Positions 43,538 through 56,975 of a stretch of DNA of 64,000 nucleotides are shown piece after piece. Each line of letters begins with the position of its first letter. The stretch's first letter is position 1. Made by a program: the position numbers and the translations under genes. The stretch is from Eledone cirrhosa (Eukaryota), in NCBI GenBank assembly GCA_964016885.1, contig CAXHJY010001027.1:31118-95117 (forward strand). Reading direction: 5' to 3'. The notes under the pieces were generated by a model. The model saw nothing but the letters and a program-made list of their open reading frames with translations, was not told the DNA's origin and ran no database searches.

Positions 43538-43968
43538 GTGGGTGTCTATATGTATATATATATGTGTGTGTAATATATGTATATACATATATGCATGTGT
43601 GTGTCTGTACATATGTATATATGTGTGTGTGTGTAGTATATATATGTGTGTGTAGTATATATATATATGTGTGTGTGTAGTATATATATATGTGTGTGTA
43701 GTATATATATATATATGTGTGTGTGTAGTATATATATGTGTGTGTAGTATATATATATGTGTGTGTGTGTAGTATATATATGTGTGTGTGTGTGTAGTAT
43801 ACATATATGCGTGTGTGTGTGTGTGTAGTATATATATATATGTGTGTGTGTGTGTAGTATACATATATGCATGTGTGTGTCTGTACATATGTATATATAT
43901 ATGTGTGTATTTAGTATATATATATATATATATGTGTGTGTGTAGTATATATATATGTGTGTATTTAG

Positions 43969-43999
<31 letters not shown>

Positions 44000-44134
44000 A
44001 GTATATATATATGTGTGTGTGTGTAGTATATATATATATATGTGTGTGTATGTGTAGTTCTGGTATAAATGAAAACATTTTAAACTGCCACCAGCCATGT
44101 CCATTTGTCTTCCATGAATTTTAAATATTTTAGA

Positions 44135-45523
44135 ACTGACAGTTGTATGGTCGTTTGTGGTGGTCGTGGGTGGAAGTGTTTCACTGACAGTTGTATGGTC
44201 GTGGGTGGAAGTGTTTCACTGACAGTTGTATGGTCGTTTGTGGTGGTCGTGGGTGGAAGTGTTTCACTGACAGTTGTATGGTCGTTGGTGGTGGTCGTGG
44301 GTGGAAGTGTTTCACTGACAGTTGTATGGTCGTGGGTGGAAGTGTTTCACTGACAGTTGTATGGTCGTTTGTGGTGGTCGTGGGTGGAAGTGTTTCACTG
44401 ACAGTTGTATGGTCGTGGGTGGAAGTGTTTCACTGACAGTTGTATGGTCGTTTGTGGTGGTCGTGGGTGGAAGTGTTTCACTGACAGTTGTATGGTCGTG
44501 GGTGGAAGTGTTTCACTGACAGTTGTATGGTCGTTGGTGGTGGTCGTGGGTGGAAGTGTTTCACTGACAGTTGTATGGTCGTGGGTGGAAGTGTTTCACT
44601 GACAGTTGTATGGTCGTTGGTGGTGGTCGTGGGTGGAAGTGTTTCACTGACAGTTGTATGGTCGTTGGTGGTGGTCGTGGGTGGAAGTGTTTCACTGACA
44701 GTTGTATGGTCGTGGGTGGAAGTGTTTCACTGACAGTTGTATGGTCGTTTGTGGTGGTCGTGGATGGAAGTGTTTCACTGACAGTTGTATGGTCGTTTGT
44801 GGTGGTCGTGGATGGAAGTGTTTCACTGACAGTTGTATGGTCGTTTGTGGTGGTCGTGGGTGGAAGTGTTTCACTGACAGTTGTATGGTCGTTTGTGGTG
44901 GTCGTGGGTGGAAGTGTTTCACTGACAGTTGTACGGTCGTTGGTGGTGGTCGTGGGTGGAAGTGTTTCACTGACAGTTGTATGGTCGTTTGTGGTGGTCG
45001 TGGGTGGAAGTGTTTCACTGACAGTTGTATGGTCGTTGGTGGTGGTCGTGGGTGGAAGTGTTTCACTGACAGTTGTATGGTCGTGGGTGGAAGTGTTTCA
45101 CTGACAGTTGTATGGTCGTTGGTGGTGGTCGTGGGTGGAAGTGTTTCACTGACAGTTGTATGGTCATGGGTGGAAGTGTTTCACTGACAGTTGTATGGTC
45201 GTTGGTGGTGGTCGTGGGTGGAAGTGTTTCACTGACAGTTGTATGGTCGTTGGTGGTGGTCGTGGGTGGAAGTGTTTCACTGACAGTTGTATGGTCGTTG
45301 GTGGTGGTCGTGGGTGGAAGTGTTTCAGTGACAGTTGTATGGTCGTTGGTGGTGGTCGTGGGTGGAAGTGTTTCAGTGACAGTTGTATGGTCGTTTGTGG
45401 TGGTCGTGGGTGGAAGTGTTTCAGTGACAGTTGTATGGTCGTTGGTGGTGGTCGTGGGTGGAAGTGTTTCAGTGACAGTTGTATGGTCGTTGGTGGTGGT
45501 CGTGGGTGGAAGTGTTTCAGTGA
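44135..45523. repeat. Minisatellite with interspersed 48-bp and 35-bp units
   Basis: ACTGACAGTTGTATGGTCGT[T(T/G)GTGGTGGTCGT]GGGTGGAAGTGTTTC. Confidence 0.95.
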
Positions 45524-45702
45524 AACCTTGACAAACAGTTATACAGCTAGTGTAATATACATAGTTGTTGTTGTTGTTGTTTGTAACAGTAGTACAAGTA
45601 ATGTGCACGCACTCACGTGTGTGTGTATATATATACACACACACGTATGTGTCTATATATATATATATATACACACGTATGTGTCTATATATATATACAC
45701 AC

Positions 45703-45735
<33 letters not shown>

Positions 45736-45917
45736 CACACACGTGTGTGTATATATATATATATATATAGACACACACGTGTGTATGTATATATATATAC
45801 ACACACATGTGAGTCTATATATATATATATACACACGTGTGTGTGTGTATATATATATACACACATCAGGTGCATGTACACCAAACAATACTCACAAACA
45901 CTGCCACACACATGCAC

Positions 45918-45962
<45 letters not shown>

Positions 45963-46003
45963 CATGCACATATATATATATATACACACACACACTCATG
46001 CAC

Positions 46004-46038
<35 letters not shown>

Positions 46039-46155
46039 CATGCACGTATATATATATATATATATATACACATACACACTCATGCACACATATATATATA
46101 TACACACACACACTCATGCACATATATATATATATACACACACACACTCATGCAC

Positions 46156-46190
<35 letters not shown>

Positions 46191-46385
46191 CATGCACACA
46201 TATATATATATACACACACACACTCATGCACATATATATACACATACACACTCATGCACATATATATATATACACACACACACACTCATGCACATATATA
46301 TATATACACACATACACACTCATGCACATATATATACACATACACACTCATGCACATATATATATATACACACACACACATGCAC

Positions 46386-46424
<39 letters not shown>

Positions 46425-46595
46425 TGCACATATATATATATATATATATATACACATACACACTCATGCACATATATATATATACACACACACACATGCA
46501 CATATATATATATACACACACACACACTCATGCACATATATATACACATACACACTCATGCACATATATATATATATACACACACACACATGCAC

Positions 46596-46634
<39 letters not shown>

Positions 46635-46824
46635 TGCACATATATATATATATACACATGAGGTACATGTATACCAAGATCTACTCAGACACCCCCCCCC
46701 CTCACATGTGCACCAGTAAGCTGCAACTGTTACTAACTGTAAATATGTCAAGAATTAAGCTGCACTTATTATTGCAAATCAACTGCAACGTAAACTAAAA
46801 GACGACTAATTCTGCACTCTCATC

Positions 46825-47357
46825 TCTCTCTCTCTCCCACCACCTATCTCTCTCTCCCACCACACCTCGCTCTCCCACCACACCTCTCTCTCTCCCACCA
46901 CACCTCGCTCTCCCACCACACCTCGCTCTCCCACCACACCTCTCTCTCTCTCCCACCACACCTCTCTCTCTCTCTCCCACCACACCTCTCTCTCTCCCAC
47001 CACACCTCGTTCTCCTACCACACCTCTCTCTCTCCCACCACACCTCTCTCTCCCACCATACCTCTCTCTCCCACCACACCTCTCTCTCTCCCACCACACC
47101 TCTCTCTCTCCCACCACACCTCTCTCTCCCACCACACCTCTCTCTCCCATCACACCTCTCTCTCCCATCACACCTCTCTCTTCCACCACACCTCTCTCTC
47201 TCTCCCACCACACCTCTCTCTCTCTCCCACCACACCTCTCTCTCTCTCCCACCGCACCTCTCTCTCCCACCACACCTCTCTCTCTCCTACCACACCTCTC
47301 TCTCTCTCCCACCACACCTCTCTCTCCCACCACACCTCTCTCTCTCTCCCACCACAC
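46825..47357. repeat. (CT)n-CCCACCACAC compound repeat
   Basis: Direct inspection. Confidence 0.92.
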
Positions 47358-47542
47358 ATCTTCAAATCTCTGTTCCTCTGATCTTCTCTTCTTTCATCTC
47401 ATCTCATCTAAACAGTTTAAGCTTGACCGTAGGGCAGAACTGACAAGACTTACAGGACTTCCCTTTAAGTATCTACATTCAGACAGATATGTGTGTGAGT
47501 CCCGATTGAACCTGGGACTCACATATGTCTGTCTGTCTGTCT

Positions 47543-47836
47543 GAATGTGGCGAAAATGTCCCGAATGAGTGGGCCTTCTCTGTATATAATAAACCTGTAG
47601 GTTGAGGAAGATAAACAGGGGGAAGACGGGAACACCTACAAAACGTGTTGAGGGTTGTTCTATCCATGGGGTGTAAAACAACCCCGCAGTAAACGTTTCC
47701 CCTACTGGGGATTTCGATTGTTTCATTTTATATATAGTTTATTGTTATTCATCATTGTTAAATATTTTATGTAAAACCCCTGCCGTAACGTCTTGTAATG
47801 TCCCATTTTTGTACGCCCCTGTGGCAAATAAAGAAA
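47543..47836 (+). mobile_element. Tx1-like 3'-end fragment (diverged subfamily)
   Basis: Encodes NVAKMSRMSGPSLYIINL*, similar to the ORF2 C-terminus KVARMARVNGPSLYISL*. Ends CCCCTGTGGCAAATAAAGAAA before TATC repeats. Confidence 0.85.
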
Positions 47837-47854
47837 TATATCTGTCTATCTATC

Positions 47855-48241
47855 CAACTGATTCTTTTTTTCAAATTCCACTTTGGAAGAAGAATCAGGA
47901 TGGAGAGAGAGGTGCTGTACCCCAGCAAATTTTATGAAAGGTGGGTGAATGTGATGAGAATGGCCCGAGTGAATGGGCCTTCTCTCTATATCAGCCTGTA
48001 GGTTGAGGAAAAACAGGAGGAGAGGAAAGGGGTACAAACTCTTCGTACTCCTGGAGATGAGGGTTGCACATTTTTTTTTTCGGGGTATGTGTTGCCCATA
48101 TGTAATGTCTCCCCCTATTGGGGAAAATCGACTAATTTTTTAAATTGCATTTGTGATAACATTTTACACGTTTTTATTGTATGTAAACTTCCCCCTTTGT
48201 ATTTGTCTCCTTCTTTTGTGCCCCTGTGGCTAATAAAGAAA
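47855..48241 (+). mobile_element. Tx1-like 3'-end fragment
   Basis: Near-identical to 50754-51137 (QLILFFKFHFGRRIRMEREVLYPSKFYERW...) with the same 3' terminus. Confidence 0.9.
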
Positions 48242-48366
48242 CATATCTATCTATCTACCTATCTATCTATCTATCTACCTATCTATCTACCTATCTATCT
48301 ATCTATCTATCTGTCTGTCTATATATCCATGTCCATCTATCTATCTGTCTATCTATTTGTTTATCC

Positions 48367-48830
48367 TATGGTGGACGCGTCTGAAAGGACTGAGGTCAGG
48401 CACCTTTCTCTCTGGCCAACAACTGGTCCGTTTCTTCCGATATCATTTCGGAAGAAGGATCAGGATGGAGAGAGAGGTGCTGCACCCCAGCCGTTTTTAT
48501 GAAAGATGGGTGAAAGTGGCGAGAATGGCCCGTGTGAATGGGCCTTCACTCTACATCAGACTATAGGTGAGGAAGATGAAAGACCAAGGGAGCACCCCTT
48601 CTCTGTGCTCCTGAGGAGAAGGGTTGCACACTTTTTTTCGGGGGTGTGTGCGACCCCCCCAAGGCGCCTCCTCTCTATTGAGGACTTTGTTATAAATTTT
48701 ATTTTTTGTTATATTTTATTTTATTTTTATATATTGTTATTGCCTCCTCCTTATTGAGGACGCCTTGTTTTGTAAACTCCCCCCATTGTACTTGTCCCAC
48801 TTTTGATGCCCTGGTGGCAAATAAAAGAAA
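48367..48830 (+). mobile_element. Tx1-like 3'-end fragment (another subfamily)
   Basis: Encodes WWTRLKGLRSGTFLSGQQLVRFFRYHFGRRIRMERE...; 3' UTR is diverged but ends ...GTGGCAAATAAAAGAAA + TATC. Confidence 0.9.
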
Positions 48831-48949
48831 CATATCTATCTGTCTATCTATTTGTTTATCCATCTGTCTGTCTATATATCCATGTCTATCTATCTATCTA
48901 TCTGTCTATCTGTCTGTCTATATATCCATGTCTATCTATCTATCTACCT

Positions 48950-50900
48950 AACCGGGGGCGTGGTCACACTAATCAGGAAGGACGAGAATAAGGGGGATGA
49001 CATAGGCAACTTCCGGCCCATAACTCTGCTAAACACAGAGTTACAGATTTTGGCCAAGGTGTTGGCAAAGAGGCTGGCGCTTGTCGTCGAGAACCTGGTG
49101 GGAGAAGCGCAGACATGCGCGATCCCGACCAGGTCCATACACGACAACCTCCACCTCATGCGATACATCATAGAGAGGGTAGGGTGTAAACCCGGCTTCG
49201 GTGGGGCCCTGATCAACTTGGATCAGTCTAAGGCTTTCGATAGGGTTGACCATCGTTACCTGGATGCGGTGCTCGAGGCGGCAGGCTTCGGACCCGTGTT
49301 CAGGGGCTGGATTGCTGCAATGCACAACAGCAACATCTGCTCAAGGGTCAAGGTGAACGGTTACCTCTCGGAGCCGTTCCATATTACGCGATCCATTCGA
49401 CAGGGATGCCCTCTCTCCTCCCTTCTGTACGTACTGACTCTCGAGCCACTACTGCGGAAGCTGGAGCTATTGCAGGGCATCCCTCTGGAACCGGGACTGC
49501 GGAAAGCGGCGTCGGCCTACGCCGACGACGTGACAGTAATGGTGTCGAGCGCCTCGCAAATCGAGGAAGTCGGCACCTTACTAAAGGAATACGAAAGTCT
49601 CACAGGAGCGAAGCTGAACCGGGACAAGTCCATCGGTTTGCAACTCGGATCGTGGAGAGGCAGACCGATGCCTTCCGATGGCGTCGTCGGACGCTGGACG
49701 GAAGGACCGGTAAAGCTGCTCGGGGTCTGGTTTGGTCCGGACCTCCAGGTGGAGAAGAACTGGAACGAAGTGACGGCCAAGGTGTTTGCACTCACCCAGA
49801 AGTGGGCCGAGTGCAAACTATCCTTGAAAGGTCGAGCGGAGGTGGCGAACACTTTTATAGCGTCCGCCATCTACTACCGCTTGACCGTCGTGCCTTGTCC
49901 AGCCAAAACGCTCGCCAAAATGGAGCGCGCCCTCTTCCGATTCCTTTGGAAGAGGCGGGCTCCTTTGGTAAGAAGATCCATCTGCTGCCAACACCCTTCT
50001 AACGGAGGGCTGGGGATGCCGTGGTTGACGATGCGCAAACACGCGCTCAGGCTGCGGCATCTCTACGTATTCCTCACCGGACAACCGGTGTGGGCCCCGT
50101 TCGTGAGGCGAGCCTTCCCACGACTCGTCTCGCTGACCGAGCTGCAGTCCTGGGTCAAGCAGAGACCGAGGAAAATGGGCGACTGGCACATCGAATGTGC
50201 TCAGGCGCTCACAGCCCTCTGGCAGGCGGACCCGGCGATCAGTGGAGACTCCACTTCGTCATTCTATAGAGGGTTGGTCCGCAGCAAGTGCGACGACGCG
50301 CTCGGTGAAACTCTAGGCGTGGAGGAAGATGAACTGGCCAGTCTGTTCGGTAGGACCTTCCGCCCGGGACCGATGGACAACTTCCAAAAGTCCCTGGCCT
50401 GGCAGTGCTACCGAGGAGCTCTACCAGTTCGAGACAAGCTCTACAGACATGGGCGCCCGGGCAGGGACCCTGCAAAAAAGATCTGTCCGAGGTGCGTGCG
50501 AGACGAAGAAACCGTCGCGCACGCATTCATACACTGCCCGGGCGTCACTGACCTGTGGGGCTATGTAGAACGACTATTGTCGCGGGTGGGACCAATCCAG
50601 TTGACCACCGAGTCCATTGTCATGATCAAACCGCCACCCTCCTTCAAAAACGAAGGAGAGGCGGTTTTCCTTTGTGTGATAGCTATGGCGAAAGAGGTTG
50701 TATGGTGGACAAGGTTGAAAGGGCTGAGGTCAGACACCTTTCTCTCCGGCCAACAACTGATTCTTTTTTTCAAATACCACTTTGGAAGAAGAATCAGGAT
50801 GGAGAGAGAGGTGCTGTACCCCAGCAAGTTTTATGAAAGGTGGGTGAAAGTGGCGAGAATGGCCCGAGTGAATGGGCCTTCTCTCTATATCAGCCTGTAG
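48950..50900 (+). CDS. 5'-truncated ORF2 (reverse transcriptase + C-terminal CCHC knuckle) of a Tx1/L1-clade non-LTR retrotransposon
   Basis: Uninterrupted frame with RT motifs NFRPITLLN, DQSKAFDRVDH, RQGCPLS, YADD and KLLGV, plus GGLG and CPRC-x5-ETVAHAFIHC. The region is GC-rich and codon-like, unlike its flanks. No endonuclease domain; the first ~33 aa of the listed ORF (from 48852) are just (TATC)n. Confidence 0.95.
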
Positions 50901-51137
50901 GTTGAGGAAAAGGAGGAGGAGAGGAAAGGAGTACAAGCTCTTCGTACTCCTGGAGATGAGGGTTGCACATTTTTTTCGGGGGTCTGTGTTACCCATATAA
51001 ACTGTCTCCCTCTATTGGGGAAAATCGACTAACTTTTAAATTCCATCTGTGATAACATTTTACACGTTTTTATTGTATGTAAACTTCCCCCTTTGTATTT
51101 GTCCCCTTCTTTTGTGCCCCTGTGGCTAATAAAGAAA
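48950..51137 (+). mobile_element. Tx1-like non-LTR retrotransposon copy (ORF2 fragment + 3' UTR) in a (TATC)n/(TGTC)n tract
   Basis: The ORF is followed by a ~240-bp 3' UTR ending CCCCTGTGGCTAATAAAGAAA, then (TATC)n. The 5' junction is also in (TATC)n. Confidence 0.9.
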
Positions 51138-51558
51138 TATATCTATCTATCTACCTATCTATCTATCTATCTGTCTATCTATTTGTTTATCCATCTGTCT
51201 GTCTGTCTATTTGTTTATCCATCTCTCTATGTATCTGTCTGTCAGTCAGTCTACCACCCTTTGTCATTCATTTCAATGTTGTTGTTGTTGTTGCTATATA
51301 TGTCCTAATTCCTCACTAAATAAACACTCTACACCCAACATCTGTCTAATAAAGGGTAGCAACAGTAAAAAACATGTCCGCTCTTTGCCCACCCTTGGCA
51401 CAGAACCAGAGGTACAGCCCTATCTACTAATAGTTTAAATATTTCATTTTAAACATCATCTATAACTTGTCTACCCCTCCTTCCGCCCTCTCTCCCCCTC
51501 CCCTCTCTCTCTCTCTCTCTTTCTCTTTCTCTCTCTCTCTGTCTCTCTCTGTCTCTCC

Positions 51559-51590
<32 letters not shown>

Positions 51591-51767
51591 CATCATTTGT
51601 TCCACAGTTGCATAGTTTGTATACATACATTTACATATATATGTGTATATATATGTGTGTATATATATATAATGTATGTATATGTCCAACACGTCAGTAT
51701 AGAAAGCAGATGTAAAATGATGATGATGATATATATTATTATTATTATTGTTATTTATGAAGGTAGC

Positions 51768-52735
51768 GGGGGTGGTGGACTTGCAGTATTGGTTGGGCAC
51801 CGGATAACATGCTCTGCAGCATAGAGTTACGGCCCTTTACGTTCTGAGTTCAAATCCTGCTGAGATTAGCTTTGTACCAGTAACACACTGGTGTCGATTA
51901 AATCAACTTTCCCTTCCTCCAAAATGTCTGGCCTTGTGCCTATATAAGAAACCATTATTATTATTATTATTTGGCTGATGGATTGGCACTTGAATCGGTA
52001 GAGCGTCGGACAACATGCTTTGTGGCATAGAGTTCTGGCTCTTTGCGTTCTGAGTTCAAATCCGCCGAGGTTAACTTTGTCTTTCATCTTTACGGGGTCG
52101 ATAGAATAAAGTACCAGTAATACACTGGGATAATTGCTGGCTTTGTGCCTAAAGTAGAAACAATTATTGTTTATATATATTTATGTTTCTATGTCTTTTT
52201 TTTTTCTTATATAAATAATAAAAATGTTTACACGAACAAAACCCACATCGTGCCGTCCTGTACCGTCTTGTGCCGTCTGTAATGTTTTTCTTGATGTCAG
52301 CCCTTGTGGCCAATAAAGAAATCATTATTATTATTATTGTTATATTAGGGCGGTGGATTGGCAGTATCGGTAGAAGGTCGGACACCATGCTTTCCAACTT
52401 AGAGTTACATCCCTTTATAATCTGAGTTCAAATCCCGCCGAGGTTAACTTTGCCTTTCATCCTTACACGGGGGTCGATAAAATAAAGTACCAGTAATACA
52501 CTGGAATAATTGCTGGCTTTGTGCCAAAAATAGAAACAATTATTATTATTATTTGGCTGATGGAAGAGCGTCGGACAACATATGCTTTGTGGCATAGAGT
52601 TCTGGCCCTTTGCGTTCTGAGTTCAAATCCGCCGAGATTAACTTTGTCTTTCATCTTTACAGGGTCGATAAAATAAAGTACCAGTAATACACTGGGATAA
52701 TTGCTGGCCTTGTGCCAAAAGTAGAAACAATCATT
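51768..52735 (+). mobile_element. Cluster of four head-to-tail copies of tRNA-derived SINE family 2
   Basis: Copies at ~51768, 51975, 52349 and 52555, with B box GAGTTCAAATCC, core GCCTTTCATCCTTACGGGGTCGATAAAATAAAGTACCAG (partly deleted in the first copy) and (ATT)n tails. Further copies lie at ~11380, 17868, 19225, 34265, 40500 and 56985 (+), and 19505, 22298 and 39525 (-). Confidence 0.85.
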
Positions 52736-54547
52736 ATTATTAATGTTATGTTATGTTTTCTCAGATGTCTGTTACATATGAAAGCAATGCCAACATGAAC
52801 TTCCTCCTCCACATAAATGGTAACTGCAGTCTATTCTAGGACGTTACTTCAAGACGGATGTTCTCTATCTCACCATTCCTACCAGAGTTATTACTCCTGT
52901 CATATGTTGACGTGGTCGTTTCTCTAATTGACCATTTCAGAAAGTTGCGTCTCTTTGACACATCGTGGCCGTAGTGACCAGAATATCTCAAGTGCTCGTC
53001 CTTCTTCTTCCATCAACTTACACATTACATGTAGAACAGCTGAGCTTGCTCCACGAGACGAGAGAGAGAGTAAACTAAATATATGTCATCATCATCGTCA
53101 TCATCATCATCATCATCAGCCTCGTTACCATCATCATCACCGTCACCACCACCACCACCATCACCATCATCGCCATCACCATCATCACCACCAAAAGCAT
53201 CACCACAACCACCACCATCACCATCATCACCACCACCACCACCATCACCATCATCACCACCACCATCACCATCATTACCACCACCACCACCATCATCATC
53301 ACCATCACCATCACCACGACCAAAACCATCACCACCACCACCACCATCACCATCATCACCACCACTACCTCCACCATCACCACCACCACCACCATCATCA
53401 TATAAACCCATAGCTGAAAGTGTTTGCTTAAACTTTTAATCTGTGCTAATATAAATAGGTGTGTGTTATGTATGTGATTGTGTGTGTGTGTGTGTGTCTT
53501 TGTGTTTATGTATCCGTGTGTGTGTGGGTCTATGTGTGTGTGATTGTATGGCTATGTGTGCGTGTGTCTATGTGTGTGTGATTGTATGTCTATGTGTGTG
53601 TGTATGTGTCTATGTATGTATGTGTGTGTGTGTCTATGTATGTATGTATGTGATTGCTGTTGTTTAATCCCAGTCCAGCCACATATAATGACACTTGGCT
53701 GTTATTTCCAGCAAGTTAAGTGACTCTATAAGCAGCCATTAATGAGAGAAGCCAACCAAGCTTGGTCTGGTCGTTTCTCTAGAGATACCAGTAATTATGT
53801 AGGGTTTCATAGTAAATGAGGAATGTCAGTTTAAATGGCACCAACCATTAGACTTGATGTTTTGTCTCCTTCACATGGAATTTGGGGGAGGGCAGGGACG
53901 GGGTGGGGTGGGGATTCTGAATGTGTGTGTGAGTGTGGTAATGTGTGTGTGAGTGTGTGGTAATATGTGGTTATGTGTGTGTGAGTGTGTGGTTATGTGT
54001 GTATGCGTGTGCGGATTTTAATGTGTAAACAAAAATCTGTTACTACTACCACCACCACTACCACTGCTACTACCACCACCACTACTACTACTACCACCAC
54101 TACTACTACTACCAACACTACCACCACCGCTACTACTACCACCACCACCACTACTACCACCACTGCTGCTGCTACTACTGCTACTACTACTACTACTACC
54201 ACCACTACTACTACTTCCACCACCACTACTACCACCACCACCTCCACTACTACCACCACCACCACTACCACCACTACTACCACCACCACCACTACCACCA
54301 CTACTACCACTACCACCACCACTACTACCACTACCACTACTACCACCACCACCACTACTACTACCACCACTACCACCACCACTACTATGAAACCAAGAGA
54401 GGAGGGAGAGAGATGCCCTAACATTTCACTGTCTGTGAAAGAACATTTTTTTTTGTTTTAAACTATTCCTTTCCCAGGATTTGAACTCAGAACATCCCAC
54501 TAACAAAGTCACTCGATTTTTTTTTTCCTAGTATTTTCTTTACGCAT

Positions 54548-56128
54548 GCAGCAGAGAGCTGCAACCTTCTCTCCAATAACACCGCAGCAGAGAGCTGCAA
54601 CCTTCTCTCCAAAAACACCGCAGCAGAGAGCTGCAACCTTCTCTCCAATAACACCGCAGCAGAGAGCTGCAACCTTCTCTCCAATAACACCGCAGCAGAG
54701 AGCTGCAACCTTTTCTCCAATAACACCGCAGCAGAGACCTGCAACCATCTCTCCAATAACACCGCAGCAGAGAGCTGCAACCTTCTCTCCAATAACACCG
54801 CAGCAGAGAGCTGCAACCTTCTCTCCAATAACACCGCAGCAGAGACCTGCAACCATCTCTCCAATAACACCGCAGCAGAGAGCTGCAACCTTCTCTCCAA
54901 TAACACCGCAGCAGAGAGCTGCAACCTTCTCTCCAATAACACCGCAGCAGAGAGCTGCAACCTTCTCTCCAATAACACCGCAGCAGAGAGCTGCAACTTT
55001 CTCTCCAATAACACCGCAGCAGAGACCTGCAACCTTCTCTCCAATAACACCGCAGCAGAGAGCTGCAACCTTCTCTCCAATAACACCGCAGCAGAGAGCT
55101 GCAACTTTCTCTCCAATAACACCGCAGCAGAGACCTGCAACCTTCTCTCCAATAACACCGCAGCAGAGAGCTGCAACCTTCTCTCCAATAACACCGCAGC
55201 AGAGAGCTGCAACCTTCTCTCCAATAACACCGCAGCAGAGAGCTGCAACCTTCTCTCCAATAACACCGCAGCAGAGAGCTGCAACCTTCTCTCCAATAAC
55301 ACCGCAGCAGAGAGCTGCAACTTTCTCTCCAATAACACCGCAGCAGAGACCTGCAACCTTCTCTCCAAAAACGCCGCAGCAGAGAGCTGCAACCTTCTCT
55401 CCAAAAACTCCGCAGCAGAGAGCTGCAACCTTCTCTCCAATAACACCGCAGCAGAGAGCTGCAACCTTCTCTCCAAAAACACCGCAGCAGAGAGCTGCAA
55501 CCTTCTCTCCAATAACACCGCAGCAGAGAGCTGCAACCTTCTCTCCAAAAACACTGCAGCAGAGAGCTGCAACCTTCTCTCCAAAAACACCGCAGCAGAG
55601 AGCTGCAACCTTCTCTCCAAAAACACCGCAGCAGAGAGCTGCAACCTTCTCTCCAAAAACACCGCAGCAGAGAGCTGCAACCTTTTCTCCAAAAACACCG
55701 CAGCAGAGAGCTGCAACCTTCTCTCCAATAACACCGCAGCAGAGAGCTGCAACCTTCTCTCCAAAAACACCGCAGCAGAGAGCTGCAACCTTCTCTCCAA
55801 TAACACCGCAGCAGAGAGCTGCAACCTTCTCTCCAAAAACACCGCAGCAGAGAGCTGCAACCTTCTCTCCAATAACACCGCAGCAGAGACCTGCAACCTT
55901 CTCTCCAATAACACCGCAGCAGAGAGCTGCAACCTTCTCTCCAATAACACCGCAGCAGAGACCTGCAACCTTCTCTCCAATAACACCGCAGCAGAGAGCT
56001 GCAACCTTCTCTCCAATAACACCGCAGCAGAGACCTGCAACCTTCTCTCCAATAACACCGCAGCAGAGACCTGCAACCTTCTCTCCAATAACACCGCAGC
56101 AGAGAGCTGCAACCTTCTCTCCAAAACC
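54548..56128. repeat. 36-bp minisatellite, ~44 copies
   Basis: GCAGCAGAGAGCTGCAACCTTCTCTCCAATAACACC. Confidence 0.97.
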
Positions 56129-56469
56129 ACAAACTTTCTTTGCCTTGAGATGTGCTTTCTTAGAAAATATTTTAAAAACGTAATTAACTTTCCTAGATAA
56201 TATCCATTTTTTTTGTGGGGGGGGGATATCTTAGAAATATAATTTGTTTTGGAATGTCCTCTTTTTGGGTGATATCTGAATATCGTTGAATTACAGCTGG
56301 AATTATTAATAGATATCCCGAGGGATAAGATGAAATTTTTTTTTTTTATTATTATTATTATTTTTTTTTTACCTTTGATAATGACAATTGGTTACAGAGA
56401 GAGAGACAGCAGTAGTTATAAGAAGAAGAAGTTGTGTATTATAGTCATGGAGATATTATAACAGTGAAG

Positions 56470-56975
56470 TTAATTTTACTGTACACCATACTACATGGTA
56501 TGGTGACACACGGGGAATTGGCAGTTTACTATACACCATGCTACATGGTGCTACATGGTGATACATGGAGAATTGGCAGTTTATTGTACACCATACAACA
56601 TGGTGACACATGGTGAACTGGCAGTTTACTATACACCATACTACATGGTGACACATGGTGGATTGACAGTTTACTATACACCATACAACATGGTGACACA
56701 TGGTGCTACATGGTGAATTGGCAATTTATTGTATACCATACAACATGGTGACACATGGTGGATTGACAGTTTACTATACACCATACAACATGGTGACACA
56801 TAGTGCTACATGGTGAATTGGCCGTTTACTGTATCACAATACAACATGTTATACATGGTGCTACATGGTGAATTGGCAATTTATTGTATACCATACAACA
56901 TGGGGACACATGGGGAATTGATAGTTTACTATACACAATACAACATGTGGTACATGGTGCTACATGTTGAATTGG
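56470..56975. repeat. Diverged ~45/55-bp minisatellite
   Basis: GTTTACTATACACCATACAACATGGTGACACATGGTG(CTACATGGTG)AATTGGCA. Confidence 0.88.

Noticed and set aside
48852-48949. N-terminal extension of the RT ORF, and overlapping ORFs within 48944-50996
   Set aside because: The extension is (TATC)n read-through. The overlapping ORFs are shadows of the GC-rich RT frame.
52745-52840. Possible host exon after TTTTCTCAG (MSVTYESNANMNFLLHIN)
   Set aside because: Only a splice-like context, with no recognisable protein similarity or partner exons.
54487-56183. 530-547 aa ORFs (mucin-like or LRR-like periodic proteins)
   Set aside because: They arise from a stop-free 36-bp minisatellite open on both strands, with no unique flanking coding sequence.
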